From the human T2T-CHM13v2.0 reference genome, Homo sapiens, in assembly GCF_009914755.1 (NCBI RefSeq), contig NC_060927.1: a stretch of DNA of 64,000 nucleotides; one strand, written 5' to 3'. Every line of letters starts with the position of its first letter. Position 1 is the first letter of the stretch. Below, in pieces: positions 1 to 13,450 of the stretch. The translations under genes and the position numbers were made by a program. The notes beneath the pieces are model-generated. The model worked only from the letters and a program-made list of their open reading frames with translations, did no database searches and was not told the origin of the DNA.

Positions 1-98
1 CAGAGTTCCATTCATGGGTAGTCTTGCTCAATATTTATTTGTAGAATATAAACAATTTTAAATCACACAAGAAAATCTCGACATAAAGAAGTAAACTT

Positions 99-430
<332 letters not shown>

Positions 431-1649
431 CTACAACAGAATGACTTTTTAAATTTCCAAAGTAATGGCCATTTATCGGCCAAGAAGTGAAATTAATAAA
501 AAAGTAAATGGTTTGGCACATCCTCTCCTTTCCTGGTACTCAACCTCTTTTAACTGCAGTGAAGTCTCATTTGCTTAGGGAGTAGGAGATCAGCCTTACG
601 GTTCCCAACTGCCTATTGGGTCAAGGCCATTTAAAAGGCAGATGGCAGCCAAGGCAAACAATTCAATACTCCTCAAGCATACTTTTCATTTGAAGTATTA
701 GCCAGATTTCTTGTTTTCTTTCCAATGGACTTTCACATAATCTGATTCTGATTACTAATTGATGAGAGACTATTGAGGTTTGGCCTTTGTTTCTCAGCCT
801 TGCTCCTGACTGTCCAATCTACTGTTGTAAAGCATGCCATTTCACATTCTTGAAATTTTATTCTCTTCTATCTGTAAAATGAGTGGCAGTTCTCTAGTCC
901 CCAGGAATGATTCATTCATCCTGGTGTGTTGACTCTCACATCATTATTTACTATCTATACAAATAAAAGGATTCAAAGAGAAATTACGTATTGCACAAAT
1001 AATAAACTTGAAAAATTAATAAACAAAAACATGTAGCTGAGAACATCTGTTTACATTTCTCTTTGGGGCCTTAATAAAGAAGCAAGAAAATAAATAAGAA
1101 TTATAAATTATTTCCGTCATAACTTCAACAGTAGGTGGCAATAAAAAAAACCTATATTTTCTAAAACTTGTGTATCCTATAGTATTTGTTGAATCTCCAC
1201 CTCTTGGTCCTGGAATCATAGAGTCCTTTTTCCCTTATGTGAAATTAACATTGTTGAATCCAAATACACTGTGTGGGCAGGGGTCTTGTTCCTGTACCTT
1301 GCAAAGTTACTGAGGCCAAGCTCTGTGTTTGGACAAAACTAACAATACTTTCTAGAATTTTAAAACCCCTGACTACTTACGGTTGTGTTCTAAACATAGC
1401 ATTCACACCAACCTGCTGTGGAAAGCACACAAAGTTCTTGGCAAAGCTGGATTTGCAGGAGTTGGAACAGCAGTGTGGTTTATCAGCAGGTTGAAAGAAA
1501 GAGACTTGACGATTGTGCTCTGCTTCTCACTCCTTCCCCAGGAATGTCTTTGTTATGACCCTGTGGGTTATGGCAAATGTAATTTCTGTCACCAGAGAAA
1601 AGGAAAGCAAGGAAAGGTGCCAGGAAAGAGAGACGGACATTTTTTAAAA

Positions 1650-1815
1650 ATACCTATTATGAACCAGGCTCTGTGCTAGATAATGGAGACACAAAGGTGA
1701 ATTATGGACACGTTTGCAACTTTGAATTGAATTATGGACAGGTTTGCAACTTTGACTCTGATGGAGGAGGCATATGTGTTCATAACAATTACAAGAGGGT
1801 GTGATACGTTTTATT
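1650..1815 (-). mobile_element. L2 3' end fragment
   Basis: TACCTATTATGAACCAGGCTCTGTGCTAGA resembles the reverse complement of the L2 3' terminus. Confidence 0.55.
1698..1755. repeat. 30-bp tandem duplication
   Basis: TGAATTATGGACA(C/G)GTTTGCAACTTTGA at 1698-1725 and 1728-1755; one mismatch. Confidence 0.9.
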
Positions 1816-1889
1816 AGAGCTGGAAGGTGACTTCGTTTTGTTCTCCCAATCATATTGAAGGGAAAACCCCATAGCACAGCCGTTAAAAC

Positions 1890-2130
1890 CATGAGCTGCA
1901 AGCTCAAATTGACATGAAGCTTTAATACCAGCTCTGTCACTGGCTACATGTGTGCCTTTTCATAATTACTACTATTATCAAATCCCTCTTGAGTTTCAGT
2001 ATCTTTATCTGTAGCACAGGGTTGGGGTGGAGAAGGGTGTAGCAATGGGGGATTATCATAAGAACTAAACCAAATAATACAGGCAGATATGTACTTAGGG
2101 CTTAGAAGACAGTAAGACTTAATAAAAATT
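1890..2130 (+). mobile_element. MIR, degraded
   Basis: CCAGCTCTGTCACT...GAGTTTCAGTATCTTTATCTGTA resembles the MIR core. Confidence 0.55.
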
Positions 2131-2609
2131 ATTTTCTCCTTTCATTATCCTTCCCATTTCACCAGTGAAAAATCAGGCCCAGGTATCTGTGCCTTGCCTA
2201 GGTTTGCAGGAGCTGATGAGAACAAAGGCAAAACTTGAACTCACATCTGATATGGAGCTCAATGCCTTTCCCTGGGCACAGGAGATGAAATTGTTGAAGC
2301 GACTCTGTCATGTTGTATGACCAGAGAGATGCACTGCTGTGTTCCAATGTTTTCCCTCTCCACATTTATCACTGACATTTGAAACTTCTTCTTTTCCTCA
2401 CTTTGGAGATTACAGACGTTCCTAAATATCACAGACTGTCTTCCATTGACTCTCTTTTAAATCTGCTCACAGAAGAGCAAGATTTAAGTTTGTCCCTACC
2501 CTAAGGAAGGCCTAGTGAATCAGAGAATAACACGTTTTTTTCCTTCCATCCACATTCCATATGCCAAGAGATCCAGCATGTGAAATCCCATTGAAAATTC
2601 GCTTTCTCA

Positions 2610-3598
<989 letters not shown>

Positions 3599-5249
3599 TA
3601 AAAAAAAAAATCTCAAGTTTTCTGTGAACTAAGGAATTATTTTGTATTAACATTATTTAACATTTGAGACTTTACTTGAACACTTTATAAAGCAGTGATC
3701 CTATATCAAGGATATGGTAAAACCTGAGTCTTCAAGGTTTAAAATGAGGTGACACTTAAGAGGGAAATACACTTTGAGGCTCCTCTCACAATTTGACTTC
3801 TAAAATGCCTACACCTCAGAGAAGCACCTTTTGAAGTCTACGCTACTTGAGTCCTTGTTCTAAAATCTGGCATTATTTCTCTTGTTTATTAAAAATCTAA
3901 GTGATACAAATTTTGTGCTGACCTTTTTCCATTATTTTGAGAAACATAGAATATCCTACTGTTCACAAATCAATAATCCTAGTTTGACTCAATTTTGTAA
4001 AATTCTCTCTCTCTCTCAGACACACATACATACACCAACACACAAAACAAACTATTAGGTTTCAAAGAATACTCACAAATGGTCCCTTTGCTAGAAGAAA
4101 AAGGTAAGTTGTGAGAAAAGCTTCCTTGAAGAACTTCCATCAGTTAGAGTGATAGAATATCCTGCAAGTATTCAAAGAGCAGAAATGATTTTCACATACT
4201 GTCACTCGGCAAGTTAATGTATGTGTAAAAAAGGAAATACCTATTCGCCAAGAAACAAAATCCTCTAAATTGCTACTGTCTTTGGCTATATTTTGAAGAA
4301 TAAACCACAAAAATGAGCAATACCCAACAATTGATTTATGGCTTCTACTCACAAGCCATTCAAACCGCAGACATTCAGCATTAACTGCTACAGAGATAAA
4401 TCTGGTCAACAACTTGATTGGCCTCTGGGAAACCATCGTGGTAACAGATGAAGGCCCTCTTTTGCCTCAGACTGAAGCAAGGTTGCAATGTTGAGATTAA
4501 TTTTTATAGGCATATAATCTTCCTCTTTATTAAAGTTATTAATATTTTCTTTCACTGAAAGATACTACAATATTGTCTAAACTAATCTTAAACCAAGAGG
4601 CCTCATGGAGGGAGTCCAGGAAAGGTTTGAAAAAAATACATTAGGTCTCTTAAACTCTAATGTCATCTGTAAGTGCATTTCTTAGAGGCTAAGTCCCATT
4701 CCTTTTAAGTACACAAGAGTGTATGACTTGAAACACATAAAAACAACTGCCTTAAAACCAATAAAGCATCATGTTTTCTCTTTCCTTTTAGTCCTTCAAA
4801 CTCCAAATTTTAAAAATAGATTCCATCCGGTGGAGGCAGCAAAACATTCTGTAGCTAAACATGACCTGAATAATTTTCAGAGGTCTAAGTAGAAAATCTT
4901 CATCTTGTATCCAAGACAAACAACAGGGCATGGGGTAATAGAGCAGTCCAGGGAGAAAAACATATCCAAAGAGCTGAAGCGTGTCACACCATTTGGAGGA
5001 TTATAGGAAGTTTTTGCTTTCAAGGTGATTATAAAGCTTGTCTTTGGGGTGTATGTGCACTGTCTTTGGAGACCACTCCCCCTACCCTTAACACAGAGTG
5101 CTTCTAATTTCATGATCTTTAAATCAAGAAACAGCTATGTTTCAATGTTTGGATGCTGTCAGTTTCTGTGACATATTGTGTCAACATGGTGTCAAAAAAT
5201 GTGGCAATTGGATAGACTAAATTTTTCTGTAACCTTGTGGTTCTTTTTG

Positions 5250-5278
5250 ACACACACACGCACACACACACACACACA
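5250..5278. repeat. (CA)n microsatellite
   Basis: AC repeat with one CG interruption. Confidence 0.95.
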
Positions 5279-5482
5279 GACCCTCATAAACACACCTGTT
5301 CTATGAGTGATGGCATGTGCCAGTTCCAGGAGATAGTGTAGTGGGCTTACTAAGCCCATTATGCTATGCAGTTATAATTCAAATATCTACTCACTGTCCT
5401 TGGGAAGGCCTAATTCAGGCTGAGATATTAAATGTTCTGTTTACATGTTAGAATTCCTTCTGTAAGAAGGTTGTGTGTTCTT

Positions 5483-5622
5483 AAGAAATGATAATTGAGG
5501 TGATGGATATCTCAATTACCCTGATTTGATCATTACACATTGTATGCATGTATCAAAATATCACATGTACCCCATAAATATGCACAACTATTATGTATCA
5601 ATAAAAAGAATTAACTTTTAAA
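5483..5622 (+). mobile_element. L1MA 3' end, severely 5'-truncated
   Basis: GAGGTGATGGATAT...CCCTGATTTGATCATTACACATTGTATGCATGTATCAAAATATCACATGTACCCCATAAAT; degenerate ~19-bp TSD at 5464-5482 and 5623-5641. Confidence 0.9.
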
Positions 5623-5659
5623 AAGAATATTATTTGTTCTTAAAGTGTATGTGTCTTTT

Positions 5660-5801
5660 TTTTATTATACTTTAAGTTTTAGGGTACATGTGCACAATGT
5701 GCAGGTTAGTTACATATGTATGCATGTGCCATGCTGGTGTGCTGCACTCATTAACTCGTAATTTAGCATTAGGTATATCTCCTAATGCTATCCGTCCCCC
5801 C
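5660..5801 (-). mobile_element. Young L1PA (L1PA2-4-like) 3' terminus, about 140 bp
   Basis: TTATTATACTTTAAGTTTTAGGGTACATGTGCACAATGTGCAGGTTAGTTAC...; perfect TSD ATGTGTCTTTT at 5649-5659 and 5802-5812, followed by AAAA (TTTT/AA endonuclease site). Confidence 0.95.
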
Positions 5802-6924
5802 ATGTGTCTTTTAAAAGTAGCTGCTTATTGATTAGGAGACCAAGCCACATCAGGAGGAACATGTAGACCTGACAGAAGAAATGCTGGAGGGTTAGTTTCA
5901 AAGAACTATTTTCTTTGAAGATTGTTCAATTTCCCCCTTAAGGTATCATTTTAGTTTGAATTAACCAGACAGAAAATAAAATGGTGAGTACTGTGATTAC
6001 CTAATGTAAACATGGAAGGCCAGTTTACATTCTTTGAATGGAGATGGCTATTTCCCATGAAGAACATGAATGTCCTCATTTCTACAAGTCCTAGGGAAGA
6101 AAAAACAAAAGACAAGTCCCCCATTGAGGGAAATGAGGACTCTTTTTCCTTCTTCCTGAGCTCAAGAGAAAGTTGGGAGCCTATCTTCAAAGCAGCATAG
6201 AAACGACCAGAGCATCCATGTGGAGGGACATGAGGGTGGCCCCTGAAACATCGAGGCAAACCAAAGCCAAGGGAAGAGTCAGGGAAGGGAAAAGCCATAG
6301 GACAAAGACTCAAAATTATTGTTCAGAATCCAATCATATTCTCTGCGTTGTAGTTTCCTGCTGTTGTTTTCCAAACCTTGGTCTTAATTGTCCTTTGGGG
6401 AATTAATAGAGATGCCTGTTCCATTGTTAGGGTGAAACAGTACTGAGGAAGGAGATATGAAGGAGATGTCTGGTACAGTTGACAAGTGAAAACCATGTGG
6501 GAATCATAGAACATGTAAACAATCCCCTGGCATTCTCCGATATGCCTGGAGGGGGGATAAAATAAAAGACCAGACTTTCCACAGTCACTCAGGACAACAA
6601 GTCAGATTGTAGATATTTGAATATTAAAGGAAAAAGAGACCATAAAGAACTTGGTTATGTAAGCATATACTGGAGAGGGGAGTGCAACAAAGACTCTAGG
6701 GTTCAGTTACTACTAATGGCAGATTTCATCTCCTGAGCACCTACCCACCATACATCACACAGCTTCCATAAACTGCCTCATTCAGTCCTCACAAGAACAT
6801 GATGGGTATTTTCTAATTGACAGAAAACAGTCTCAACCCACTTCATTGACTCTCTTACATTTAACTTTTCAAAATCCCAAACTGATAAAATCATTCAGTC
6901 GTGAAATGGAACCAGGCAATCTTT

Positions 6925-7075
6925 GGAGCTAGACACACCAGGCTCCACATTCTTGCTCTACCATTTATTAAATCAAGACTGTGGGCGATAGAATTAACCT
7001 ACTCAGATGTGAGTTTTCTTTTCTGTAAAGAGACAGTAATAGAAGTACATTGTGTGGGTTACGTGAAATAACACC
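6925..7075 (+). mobile_element. MIR fragment
   Basis: GCTCTACCATTTATTA...TTAACCT...TTTTCTTTTCTGTAAA resembles the MIR core. Confidence 0.5.
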
Positions 7076-7157
7076 AGTATCCCTAAAAATGTACATTCCC
7101 TTTTCACTTCTTTCTTTACCTCCAAACCTTACATAAAGTGTTGTCTGTCACCTCTGG

Positions 7158-7305
7158 CAGTGCATCTCAAACTTCGGTAAGCACAGAAACCACCTGGCAA
7201 CCTTCTTAAGATGCAGATTCTAGGTCAGCTGGTCTGAGATTCTGTATTTCTCACAAGCTCTCTGGTGGTGATGGTGCTGCTCATTTTCAGACCACACTTT
7301 GTGTG
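7158..7305. mobile_element. MER5-type hAT-Charlie MITE
   Basis: CAGTGCATCTCAAACTT...CACCTGG...ATGCAGATTCT...TCTGTATTTCTCACAAGCTC...GACCACACTTTG. Confidence 0.75.
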
Positions 7306-7499
7306 ATGAGTACCTTTGGCATAGCTCTAAATGCCTTTCCCCAGAATTCACTGTTTGGTCCTAACCTGCTCTTCTACTGCCAGTACCTCTCCTTCCTCTC
7401 AGTCCTTGATTCCTGATTCCATTAGCCACTGTTGAAACATAGCTCATATTTCCACATCTGCTTTTATTATTATTATTATTAATCTTCCTATAATATTTC

Positions 7500-7840
7500 A
7501 AGATTCCAATACATCTGTTGTCTTCTTTCCTTGAAAATGCCCTAGTAACATTTAACAATCCCGTTCAAATGCTACTCTCAAAATGAGCCTTTTGATTTTA
7601 CCACCAGCAGCAGCACAACCATGCAGAATCAAGCTTTTTCCCATGCTGCCAGAGCATTTTGATGCTTCTGGTAACATATGAAGCACATTTTATTATACTT
7701 AGTCACGTGTTTAACATATGCACTGGCCTTATACAAATATAGATGTCATGTCAAAAACCATGTCTGATTTGTATTTTATCTTCAACATACAATAGTACTT
7801 GGTACATAGTAGTTTCTTGATAAATGCTAATTGGAATAAA
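7500..7840 (+). mobile_element. L2 3' fragment
   Basis: Ends ATAGTACTTGGTACATAGTAGTTTCTTGATAAATGC, matching the L2 terminus. Confidence 0.6.
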
Positions 7841-7989
7841 TCAACTTTAACAAAATAGAGTAGCTGCCAAAAATGGGGCGGGGTGTGGGTAGTTACATCA
7901 TAGGAAACACAATTTATTTATTATATTTAAAACAAGAAACATATTCAGTTTTGGCTCTAGATCTGGGTTACAGGTACACTGATTAACAA

Positions 7990-8410
7990 GAAAAATGATG
8001 AGGAGATGATGTCAAACTACCAGGGCTAATTGCAAATGAAAAGTATTCAGGTTGGAGAAGATGGGGTGCATAAAGGAATCCCATTGCCATCCTCAGATCC
8101 TTGAATGTGCATCACATAAAGATGAATTTAAACGGTTTTCTGTGGCACCAAGAGCTAGGACTTGAGCCGAAGGGTGTAAGCTATGTGAAACAGTGCTTGG
8201 CACACAGTAGGAAACCAATAATAACATTATTTGTGTCTATATAAGAAAAAGCTTTTAACAGAGATTTAGGAGGTAATTATTTGCCAATGCCAAGGCATAT
8301 CAATCCAGAGTCAAGACAATTATTGATTAAGAAAGAGATTCAAGAACAAGAAAAAAGAAACTCTCATATGGCAACTTTTAAAGCTTCTTTCAACCTCAAG
8401 AGTCTAAAGT
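7990..8410 (+). mobile_element. L3/CR1 3' relic
   Basis: TTTTCTGTGGCACCAAGAGCTAGGACT...GGGTGTAAGCTA and terminal CTTCTTTCAACCTCAAGAGTCTA resemble the L3/CR1 3' end. Confidence 0.45.
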
Positions 8411-10324
8411 CATGAAGAGATGTCATTAGCAGGAGCTAACGATTTTTAATTTAATATCTTTTTGTCATTACCTGGTCATCAGATCAAGAGCACTATTTAG
8501 GGGTATTTATCTACCAGAGCTGTAAGTCAAGAAGTCACTGAAATTCATGACTACAATGACAGGAATTTGGGTATATTTTTATGTGGGTGTTAACACCTAC
8601 ATTCACTCCACCAGCCAATCATCCCATCTTCTTTAAAAAAAAAAAACAAAACTGAGAGATATGATTGAGTGGAGAATATAACAAAATATGTTGACCACAT
8701 TAAATCCTTTTTTGATTACCTTCAGCAGAGTGCACATAATGGTACACAGCGACTGTTTGCTAAACATTCATTGTTATTATTGAGGAAATTAGAGCGAAAT
8801 TGAAATACATGTTTAAAAATTAGCTTTGGGTGAGGTGAAACAAGGGCCTACCATACTGTTATTTTCATTTTCTTCTGTTTTAATTTTAATACATGTTTCC
8901 TGAATTGATAGAATACCAAACTAGAAGAAACCTGACCATTAATCTAACTGAAGAAAAATTACTCTCTGTGAATAAACAATTTTTATTCAACATGAGGAAA
9001 TACTACTGCAGAAGCAAACACTAGCAAATGCCTCAGCAGACAGATATTTTAATGAGTGTCCTGTGATTGTGTAAGCTCTAGATATATAAAATGCATTTTC
9101 TTGATTCATTAGAATTTTCACGTTTTAACACAGATGGGTGAAGTCTTAATATTTCTCCAAACTTATGGATCTCTGAGCCCACTCAGTAATCCTGAGCAGT
9201 AAATCAATCATATAAAAGGAAAAGCAAGCAATTTACAAAACCCATTATCATTATGCTGCATAAACAGATCAAAATATCTTATGCAGAGTTACCCAGTAGG
9301 TTGTACTGCGAATTGCTAGATGATACATATTAAGCCAACCCTAGGATGCCTGTATACCATTATGAAATTTTGTGATTTATATTAACTGTTCAGAAGTATA
9401 AGAAAATCTCCAGCTAGGGAAAAACGGCAACACAGCTAAAAGGTCCCCTGGATATCGTGAAGACTGAAGGGCTTTTCTTCTAAGAGAAGCCCTTCATGCT
9501 GGACAGCTGCTAGGCATATTCTGCCATAACCTTCCAAATATTTTGTGGTTCACATTCATTTCATGGCTTAATTACTAAATGCTGGCTTTTCTAATCATCC
9601 ATGGCTTGAAGGCCTGAGGAATTTGCTGTCAAGTCCCCTGGTAAACGTTAAGTCTTTGTTGATGAGTGACAACTAAGGAATCACTCAGAAGTCTGAGAGG
9701 CCAAAGAAAATTGGAGGGAAACAAAGATGTAATTTTTGCCCTCTGTAGAACTGAAAATGTTCAAGGGAAAAAGCTCCGATGTGAATATCCTACAGATCCA
9801 GCTGCCATTTTCTTGACCCCAACAAAATGCTCTTCAGAAACCTCACTTGTTCTGATACTGAAATGTCTTCTTGTCAATCTCACAAAGCTGTGTTTTCCAA
9901 CCCTTATGAATGCATTCTTATGACTTATATATAGCTCTGGCTCTTGGAATGAAATTGTTGGGTGACAATAATATTGTTGTTCTAATGTATCAAAGGACTC
10001 CTTCATGAGAAAAGTCATGTAATAGTTTTATATATCAAGCAGAATAGGCCCATAAACCAGACTGAAGTATTCTTTCATCAGGGCTTAATTCTATCCAAGA
10101 TCATTAGAAATCCATCTATGGAAAAATATGGTCGAAGGCACCTTGAGTCTAGAGACTTCGTTCTAAATTTCTGAAGCAAAAAGAATATTAAATGCCAGGT
10201 GTAAGGTTGAAAGACATATGTGCAACATATAGTGGGCTTTAGAAACCAAGAAAAGCCAGTTTTCAATCAAGAAAGGAATAATTGACAGAGACATGTGTCT
10301 ATTTTTGATATTTTCTCCTTTCTT

Positions 10325-10960
10325 TTAATTTTAAGAATTTTATTTTTAAATTATTTCAGATTTAAAAAAGCAGAAAATATAGTACAAATTAATTATCATA
10401 CATCTTTTACCCATGTTTTCCTGAATTAAAATTTTACCTCATTTGCTTACTCTTTACTGATAGACACATGGAGAGATAGATATGTGGATTAGATATAGAT
10501 ACTATTTTTTTCTGAACTATTTGGAAATACATTGCAGACATTATGCCCCTTTACCCTTAAATACTTCTGTGTGCTTCTTTTTTTAAACAAACACATTCTC
10601 TTACACAACCACAATATAGATATCAAAATCAAGAAATTAACATTGATTCAATATTATCAAATCCACAGAACCTATCCAAATTTTGCCAATTGTCCCAATA
10701 ATGTCCTTTATAGCACATTTTAAAAAATAATAGTTACTTATCAGGATCCAATCAAGGATTACACATTGCATTTTGTTGTCGTGTCTTTTCAGTCTTTTTA
10801 ACCTGGAGCAGTTCCTTAGTCTTTCTTATGCCCTTGATAGATTTGAAGACTCCAGGCCATTTATCATTTTGTAGACTGTCCCTCAATTTGGGTTTGTCTG
10901 TTTCCCCATGATTAGATTCAGTTATGTATTTTTGGCAAGAAGAACCCAGAAATTATGTGG
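10325..10960 (-). mobile_element. L1MC (L1MC4/5-like) 3' end
   Basis: TTGCAGACATTATGCCCCTTTACCCTTAAATACTTC, AATTTTGCCAATTGTCCCAATAATGTCCTTTATAGCA and CAGGATCCAATCAAGGATTACACATTGCATTT are L1MC 3' UTR hallmarks. Confidence 0.85.
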
Positions 10961-10989
10961 CTTTCCCTCATTTTGAAAATATTTTATTT

Positions 10990-11300
10990 TCCAGGCTTTT
11001 GTGACACAATGTTCACCTGAATTTGTTCGTATCTCACTGGCTATTTTATCCCTATCTTCTCTAGTATATCTCTAAATATCAGAGAAGCCCAAGATGCTCC
11101 ATCTACCAACCTGCCTCCAAATTCTGTCTGGGTAGTTTCATCTAATCTCATGGAAATACGTATCCTCATACTAGGCACTCTCCTCTCTTTGCTCCAGACT
11201 CGATCTCCTACTCACACCGTTTCTTGAGTGTCAAAAAAGCATCTAAAATTATAACATGAGTGAAACCAAACTATTATTCCTTCCCTTCCAAAATTTACCC
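10990..11300 (+). mobile_element. L2 fragment
   Basis: GGCTTTTGTGACACAATG...CTCACTGGCT...GCATCTAAAATTATAACATG resembles L2 ORF2. Confidence 0.55.
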
Positions 11301-12169
11301 CTAGAGGCTCTGAATTGAATAATAAGAAGGGAGAGATTCAGGAGAATATGAGAGGTAAGTGTGAGTAGGGAAATATTATCAGTACAAGGAACTTCATCCC
11401 CATTGATTATCCTATATAAGATTGCTACTATCATATCACTAAAGAGTTGACAATCACCTTGGAAAATCTAATCTAATATTGCACAATGTAATCAACCCTT
11501 CTACAGGGCTATAACACATTGATGTTATAGTTGCAATGATAAAAAAATCTCACTTTATAAAAAGTCATGTTGCAAAGGCAATCAATTTAACTGGGCAATC
11601 CACAGCAATTTAATATATACCTTTGTGTCACCTATGGGGCACATTGTTTTAAAAATTGGCATAATTCAAATTAGGTTGCAAAAAGCACAAAATCGTAACA
11701 GTTTACAATTGCAGATACTGAACAAAGGAATGCAATGCAAACTAAACAGGCAGCCACTCAAAATAGCTGTATATCACTATGCTTTCTGCAATATTTTTTT
11801 CCTATGCACACACAGTTAGTGACCATGTTATAACTAATAATGGTCTTTATAACACAGATTGTGTTCCTGAATCAATCAATTACATTACACATAATTTAAC
11901 TTAAAGGAGCACAAGCTGTAGAAACAATATTTGTAATTAACTTCTGTTCTAATGCTCTCACTGACTGGGAGATTTCTGTCTCACAGAGCAGCTCATTTCA
12001 TTTTATTAATGACTTCATATTAAATCATTGGCTGCCATTCAATAGTTTTTACCCATTGACTCTAAGTTTATTCCTCTGGAGCCACATAGAAGTCTTGTTT
12101 CTTCTACACATGGCAAGATATGGAAATGCCTATGTTTCTTCTTTGTTTCATCTATCCTGAGCCAACAAA

Positions 12170-13450
12170 ATCCTGGTTGTTAATGCCTTCTCAATACAAA
12201 CGCGGACAAAGAAATAGGCCTGGTTGTCTGTGGACTTCACCAGAACAAATGTAGGTATTAGTCCAGAACAATGACATTGATCTTCATGTCCTTCAGCCTC
12301 TTCCTGGCATCTCAGTCTGATGGCAATAACATGCCAAGTCCATGTTTACCCTTTGTAATATTCCTTGTGAAATCTTTGCCTAATCCCCACTGCAATTGAA
12401 GTTATAGCTACAATCGAAGACTTGGATGTTAGTAGCAAAGTTAGTTGGCTTAGCTCCAAACTCTCACTTGATCTCATTGTTAAGATTCCAAAATCAATGG
12501 CTTCCATCTTGGAAGCTATTATAGGTTTTCTATGGCTATTTCACAGCTGATGCTCCACTCTGATGTTCTCAGAAACATCATCTCCATGAAACACATCTTA
12601 TTCCTGAAGTTGGGAAGCAATTTTCTTTCCCAGAACTTCTCACAGTCAAATGTAATTGTTCTGGCCAAGAAGTGAGCAGATTTTTAATTTAATAGTTTTG
12701 CTGAGGTATAATTGACATACAAAATTTACCTGTAAAGTCATCACCACAATTAAGACAGTGAACATACACATTACCCCTCCCACAAATTTCTTTGTACTTC
12801 TTTGAAATTTCCCCTTCCCATCCTTCCTTACCCTCCTCCTATACCCAAGCGATGTGATCTGCTTTGTCACTACAGATTTCTTTGCATTCCTCGAGTTTTA
12901 AATATACTAAATCATATAGTATGTACTCTTTTTTTGTCTGCTTTCCTTCACTTGGCAAAATTACTTGGAGGTTTACCCATATCGTTGAATGTTAAACTAG
13001 TTCATTTGTTTTGGCTGCTGAATAGTATTCCATTGTTTGGATATACCACAATACTTTTATCCATTTGTCTAATAATGAACAGGTGGGCTATTTCCAGTTT
13101 TCAGATGTTAGAAACAAACTTAGCAGAGTTATTTTGATCTTTCTTGGATGAGTAGGCTTTGTCAGTGATTATCGTTCTTTTTGGTCTTCCACAGGCCAAC
13201 TGATTCTTCCAGTTTAAAAATCCCCCTTTTCCAGGAATTTAGAATATGTTCACTAAGTGTCTGTGCTTGTAAGAAACACTAGTACCATATTCAGATATAT
13301 CATTTTCCTATCTTTTGGACCACTGTCTGTTTTTGCAGAATTTTCTGACCTCTGAGGAAATGTGAATTTACTCTTCCCACAGGTTGGTAAAACTACTTAT
13401 CTCCTACCAGAGAGTTTTGGGCTTAACTTCTGGAGTCTTGACAACATACA
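12170..13450 (-). mobile_element. Ancient non-LTR retrotransposon relic (RTE/L4-like RT C-terminus), split by an L1
   Basis: Minus-strand translation gives FLARTITFDCEKFW...NKMCFMEMMFLR...IRQR...WTWHV, resembling the LPTLTYGCETW...FEMxFLR...WxGHV motifs after the RT domain of RTE/CR1-type LINEs. Confidence 0.45.
12681..13121 (-). mobile_element. L1ME/L1MD 3' end
   Basis: GAGGTATAATTGACATACA...AATCATATAGTATGTACTC...GAATAGTATTCCATTGTTTGGATATACCACAAT; short TSD AGCAGA at 12675-12680 and 13122-13127. Confidence 0.88.

Noticed and set aside
5951-6514. Overlapping 60-120 aa ORFs in unique DNA (similar at 1273-1940, 35534-36231, 59371-59687)
   Set aside because: No recognisable domain, no exon chain, and lengths expected by chance.
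11490-11880. Possible Tigger-like DNA transposon relic
   Set aside because: Could not define termini or a family match by eye.
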